A DNA stretch of 64,000 nucleotides from Tubulanus polymorphus (lineage: Eukaryota > Animalia > Nemertea). Numbering within the stretch: position 1 is the stretch's first letter; the number at the start of each line of letters is the position of its first letter. The position numbers were made by a program, and so were the translations under genes. The notes under the pieces were generated by a model, which ran no database searches, was not told the origin of the DNA, and saw only the letters and a list, made by a program, of their open reading frames with translations. Shown piece by piece: positions 31,652 through 64,000 of this stretch. The DNA lies in contig NC_134029.1 of the NCBI RefSeq assembly GCF_964204645.1, positions 18,594,950 through 18,658,949 on the forward strand, written 5' to 3'.

Positions 31652-33923
31652 AAATAAGCAGTTTAATTTGTATATGAAGTTTGTTAAATAATATTGAAAT
31701 CGTCAAATCTAAGATAATATTGAAAAATGCAGAAATTCGTTGAATTTGTTTTTGTAAGCAGAAACTGTCAGCCGAGTTCGACCCATGAAAACCTGTCTTC
31801 ATTCGATGGGTTGCTGGTACATCTTAAAGGTGTCGATGCCTCAACTCATTCGAAACAAATAGTGGGCAATCCAGGAATCCTGTAGCTGTACGATGCCCAT
31901 GCTCCTCATAACTACACAGCTCAAATATGAGCACAACGAGAGGAAACCAGGGCCAAAAACTGACTGATTCGCCAAGAATACATGTAGTACTAGTCTACGC
32001 GTCGTACGATACTGTCGCCACTACATGTATTTTGATACAGTAGACCCTGATAGTATATCCAAGATTGGATTGGACGCATCAAATATGATGCCTTGGTGAG
32101 CATTTTATGTAGAACTGACGAGTAAATATTATGTTTCACTTTGATGGGTAAAAATTAAAAGTTTGGCTATCTGAATTCTGGTATGAAAGTTTGACGAGTA
32201 AATCTATGTTTCATTTCGACAGTAAGCCTATAACTATGCTAAATGCCTTACTCTTCACTCAAGTATGGATTTATCTTGAAAAACCTCTCTATAGTGAACT
32301 GATATGTGACCGCCAGCAACAAGGGGTCACTATTGGAAGTGGTCACTTTAGGGAAGAATATGCGATTGCGAGCAAAGTTCCAGTCCAAGGACGGGTGTGA
32401 ATAGTTGACTAGGGTTAATCAAATAATGATATAAATATTAATAACGTCTGGGGAAACAAATAACAAATGAAAATAATGATTTAATGTGAAGAGTTGGTTT
32501 TAACGAAGAAAAAAAGGAATGTAAATAGCTTAGTCTAAGGGAATAATTCAGAAACATGATTCAGAAACTTGGTATGTAGTGTTGGTGGTTGGAAATATAT
32601 TTCTAGTCGGAGAGTGGTTAATGGAGCTTGCAGATTCTGTAGAAACCACACTAAATTTGGTAGGGAGAGATCACGTGGTTGAAACTTGGTAGAGGGAGAG
32701 AGTAGTTTAGTTGGGAAACGAGTAGAGAGAACGGAGTTCGAATTTTGGCAGCCACCAGTACAGTTGATAGCAGATCCCATGAGATTGCCTAGTTGTTAGC
32801 TTATTTTTTGGAGAAGTTCATCTTTAGAGGCAATCGATCAGTGTCACCTCACGTGCGTAAAAATAATAATTCAATAAGACCCGTGAATACTGTTATATGT
32901 TATCATTCATCGAATGAATGGAGAAATAGATGTAGCCCACGTACACTTTTGGAAATGGTTGTAGCTTGATGAAAGCGTGTAAAAATTGAATTGGAAATTG
33001 TATTAACCATAGGTCAGACTTTACTAAGCCGGTAAATTGCACATGTAGTTACAACAGCGTTGTCTTACAGCCGTCTCGTGTAAAATCTGACAAATTAAAA
33101 AAACAATCATGTCTGGTTGAAGATCACAACGTTGTCCATTTTCATATGATTTGGTCGTTCATCTTTCCATCGGGTCAACCATCAAGTGAAACCGCGTACT
33201 GCTTACAGACTTATTGTCCCAACGTCCCCGAGTAGGCGGGGTTTTCCGTCGAATTGAGATGACCCTTTCCTTAAGTTAACGTGTATATAATATTCCAAAA
33301 GGCATATAAAGGTTTACTTTTTCTATCTTATCGGTATTCTACATATGTTTGTTATTCTATTATGGTGGGTACCTTTTCATGCCGACAATTTCAGTCCGGA
33401 TACGTTATTTGATGAATCATGGGCCATAAAACGAATTCGGTAGTCCATGGTATAGTTGCCTTTATCTGCGATATCGATTTTGAAGTATCAAAGAGATATT
33501 CTTAAAATCTATTCAATCCTAAGTTTACTTCATAAAAAAGTACAATACAGATACATCTCAATTAAATGTAAATAATTGTATTTATGTATATAAATGAAAG
33601 AAGTTACACGAATGTATATTTATACACTATGGAATACAGTGCAGAAAAAGGACAAAAGGGTATACAGTCACCCCAAGGGGTATATACAGTGTACTTTGAA
33701 TTGAAAAAAGCCTGATACCCGCGGCGGAATAACGTATTAAATCGAGAATAACAGTAAAATGTATTACGCGCCGGTCTAGTGGCTGTGACAGTGATTTCTA
33801 GTTTCGACATTAATACAGTATATTAAGATAATGATTTAGTCGTGACGATACTTGTTTATCAAGATCAGATTTGACACGTCAGCTATTACCGCGTCAAAAC
33901 TACATAACACACATATCTCATAT

Positions 33924-34062
33924 GGATCGAGTTCCACAGTTTTGAGTTTGAGAGCTTGGAGGAATTATTTGGTTAGAGTTAACTCTTGAGTTGAATAACT
34001 AGTTCGTTTTCGACGAGTTTGACTCTTAGTCGAATCTTAACTCATAGTTGTGGAACTGGGTC
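33924..34062. mobile_element. Palindromic MITE family E; shorter copy at ~51056-51134
   Basis: gagttccacagttttgagtt...aactcatagttgtggaactgg. Both copies contain agagttaactct. Confidence 0.7.
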
Positions 34063-34218
34063 TTGATTTCGATAAGCGCATTGTGTATATTTTTGTAAAT
34101 TTGCTGTTTTAGTTTTTAACAGGAAGAATATGAAACTTATGGTCGAATTTGATGTTACTATTTTGAGATAATATCTGTCATTTATAATATTGTGCGTGTA
34201 CATATAATACATCAGAGT

Positions 34219-34308
34219 GCGGCCTTTTAGACTGGTATTAACTTTAACCCGGGGTCAACTCAATTGAAATTGAATTGAATTAACCTCTGGGTTAAAGGTT
34301 ACACCAGT
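34219..34308. mobile_element. Palindromic MITE family F; fuller copy at ~42326-42435
   Basis: agactggtattaactttaacccgggg...tgggttaaaggttacaccag. The copy at 42326 reads ggccggttttatagactagtattacctttaacc...ggttaaagttaataccagcctataaaa. Confidence 0.7.
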
Positions 34309-34309
34309 A

Positions 34310-34934
34310 AGGCCACAAATTGCTAGTTTCTTATCAGTTTCATTTTCCGCGCGCGTCAAAAGAATGTTCGTTGGTTGGTAAAAAATAGAAATAGAAATGC
34401 GCATTAACTGATTGCAATTAACTGATATCAATCTCAGTGTAGAGTTAACAAATAAAAACCCACAGTTAGATCTGTAAAAACAGATAATTTTCCTTACAAT
34501 TTCGAGGCTTTAACTAAGCCTCATCATCAGAGGATCAAAAACAAAAAAAAAAACAAAATGCGCATCCCGCATGCAGAAATCTGTTGTTGTTCCTTTTTTA
34601 AAACATTCCCGCACGCATCCCGATAACCTAATCACACTTTTTAGCGACCTCATTTTTATGTTTTTTCTTTCACGGTCGTTTTCCCATAGTTTCAGTGGCA
34701 GGTGAGTATTTCGGTTACGAAGTGGACTCAATCCCGATTCAAGGTGATTAACGCCTAAATTTTCCCATTGAAAAAAAATTGAAAAATAGTAGCCCTCGTC
34801 ACTTTTGGAATTTGGAATAAGGCTTTTTATTTCTATATCTTTAAAAAAAAGCGAGGTAAAAATAAAAACCTGCCGCCCTCGTCACTTTTCCAAAAATGGC
34901 TGATGAGAAACAAGGGTATTTCTTTGCGTGGCCA
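34310..34934. mobile_element. MITE family D copy with an internal ~170-bp insertion
   Basis: Collinear with 23823-24273, with extra sequence at ~34405-34560. Both TIRs present. Confidence 0.8.
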
Positions 34935-36369
34935 AATTTGCGGTAATGCTTTAGCCCAATTGGTGTGTAGATTCTTTGCCAAACGTGGAAACCCCAGCTG
35001 CCGCAATAGAGTGTTTCAGGGGTTTTGAATTTTCTGTAGATCAAAGTCCTTTATCAAATATTGTTAAGCTCATCGCACACGACGCACAGAAACACTAAAA
35101 CGAACATATGTTCTCGGAAACATGAGTGTTATCCGTGTAGACCATGTGGATACAGGGAAACATTCAGAAACACGGTTCTGCCTCCTGTTTCCGTGTTTCC
35201 TTGCGTCGTCTGCGTTTGGGCTTAAGAAACAATGTGTCCGTAAATCAGATACCCACTGTGCCCAGCCGTGTGACAGTCTGAGTTTGATAATATATAATCT
35301 TTCTCGGTTTTTTATTTGAATAGGATCGTGTTTTTGTTTTGAATAATAACAACAAACATTGCGAGACTTTGTAACAATTAGAAATACACGTTTTAGATTA
35401 GATCTCGTTTTTCTAATAATACCAAAAATTGTGAGACTTCGTAACAATATTCGAAATACACGTTTGAGATTAAATTTCGTGCACGAACTGCGCGAATTTC
35501 AGTACTGAAATTCTTAGAACTAGAGCCATTAAACAGGACTCTCCGTGGAGTACTGCCATCTAGACGACGGATATAAACCGTTTCCACGCTCGAAACTAGC
35601 TCTCTGAAATAGTCTCGCGCCAGTGATGATTTATTGTGCTGGCGGTATGGCTATAGGCATTCGGTGACACAGCGCGGTAAACAATACTTGTGTACTGCTC
35701 GTTGCTAACAGCGCACAATAACGCTATTATAAAATGTTCCCGTGGACATACGACGGATTAAGATCGGACTGGAATTAAGCGTTGGTTGACCGTGTGCGCG
35801 TTAGTTACGTTAAATAAATCCACCTATTATAACGAAATCATATTTTACACGCGCGGACGCGACATACATTCTTCGCAATTTGACCGCGGAACGGTCGATC
35901 TCTCCCGACGCGGATTCGGACGGCAACGGCGCGCAGCGATTGTATAATTCAAGTTCCCCATCTGCGGAAGAGAAGAGCCGAACCCGATAAATACGTGATT
36001 TGATTGATGGAGCGCGGAGCGCGCAGGAATTTAATATCGACAGAACGCCCAACGTCGTCTGCCGAGGAAGTACGCGTTGATATACGAGTCGCGTGAAAAA
36101 CGGAAAAACAAGTGACAGCCAAGCACAATTACAAGCATCCGTATCAATATTTGATTCGTTTGCGTGTAGCTTTATTTGTTAGATTAATGTGCGCTCATTA
36201 AGCTTTCAATTTTAGTACTAGTATATATATATATATATATAAGTACAGTATTTGGTTTGTGATTATTATTATTACCATGCATTATTGCTAGGTAATGGAC
36301 GCGCGTAGTGGAGGACAATATGGAGATTAGTTTTCGTGTTCTGGTTGAGTTTAGTTCGGATTTATCACG

Positions 36370-63868
<27,499 letters not shown>

Positions 63869-64000
63869 GTAAGTATTAATGCAGAGGAATCCGGACATTG
63901 CTGTCTACTCATTGACATCGATACGCACATACTCATAATCGGATAGAAATACCACACGCTCCACGTGTTCTATTGTTTCAATGTTCGATTATCAATTTTC

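Overview
Eukaryotic (invertebrate animal) genomic DNA: AT-rich, with GT-AG introns and many small transposon relics. Reading splice sites by hand gives five genes. (1) An intronless FoxB forkhead gene on the minus strand, inside about 15 kb of non-coding flank. (2) A 3-exon DUF229/alkaline-phosphatase-superfamily type II membrane protein, minus strand. (3) A 10-exon SLC7 L-type amino acid transporter light chain, plus strand, divergent from gene 2. (4) An 8-exon metaxin-1/3-like gene, plus strand. (5) The 5' part of a Nav2 (DSC1/BSC1-like) voltage-gated channel, from the N-terminus to just before the domain III pore residue; it runs off the window end. The best finding is a tandemly duplicated pair of exons in the channel (59466-59639 and 59686-59871), only 46 nt apart. 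They encode two alternative domain II voltage-sensor S2-S3-S4 segments and look mutually exclusive. Other findings are candidate micro/cassette exons in the I-II linker, several MITE families (one with a visible empty-versus-filled site, some nested), tRNA-derived SINEs, and a roughly 450-bp (AT)n tract that expanded inside a Tc1/mariner-type MITE. All family assignments come from recognising motifs; no database search was run.
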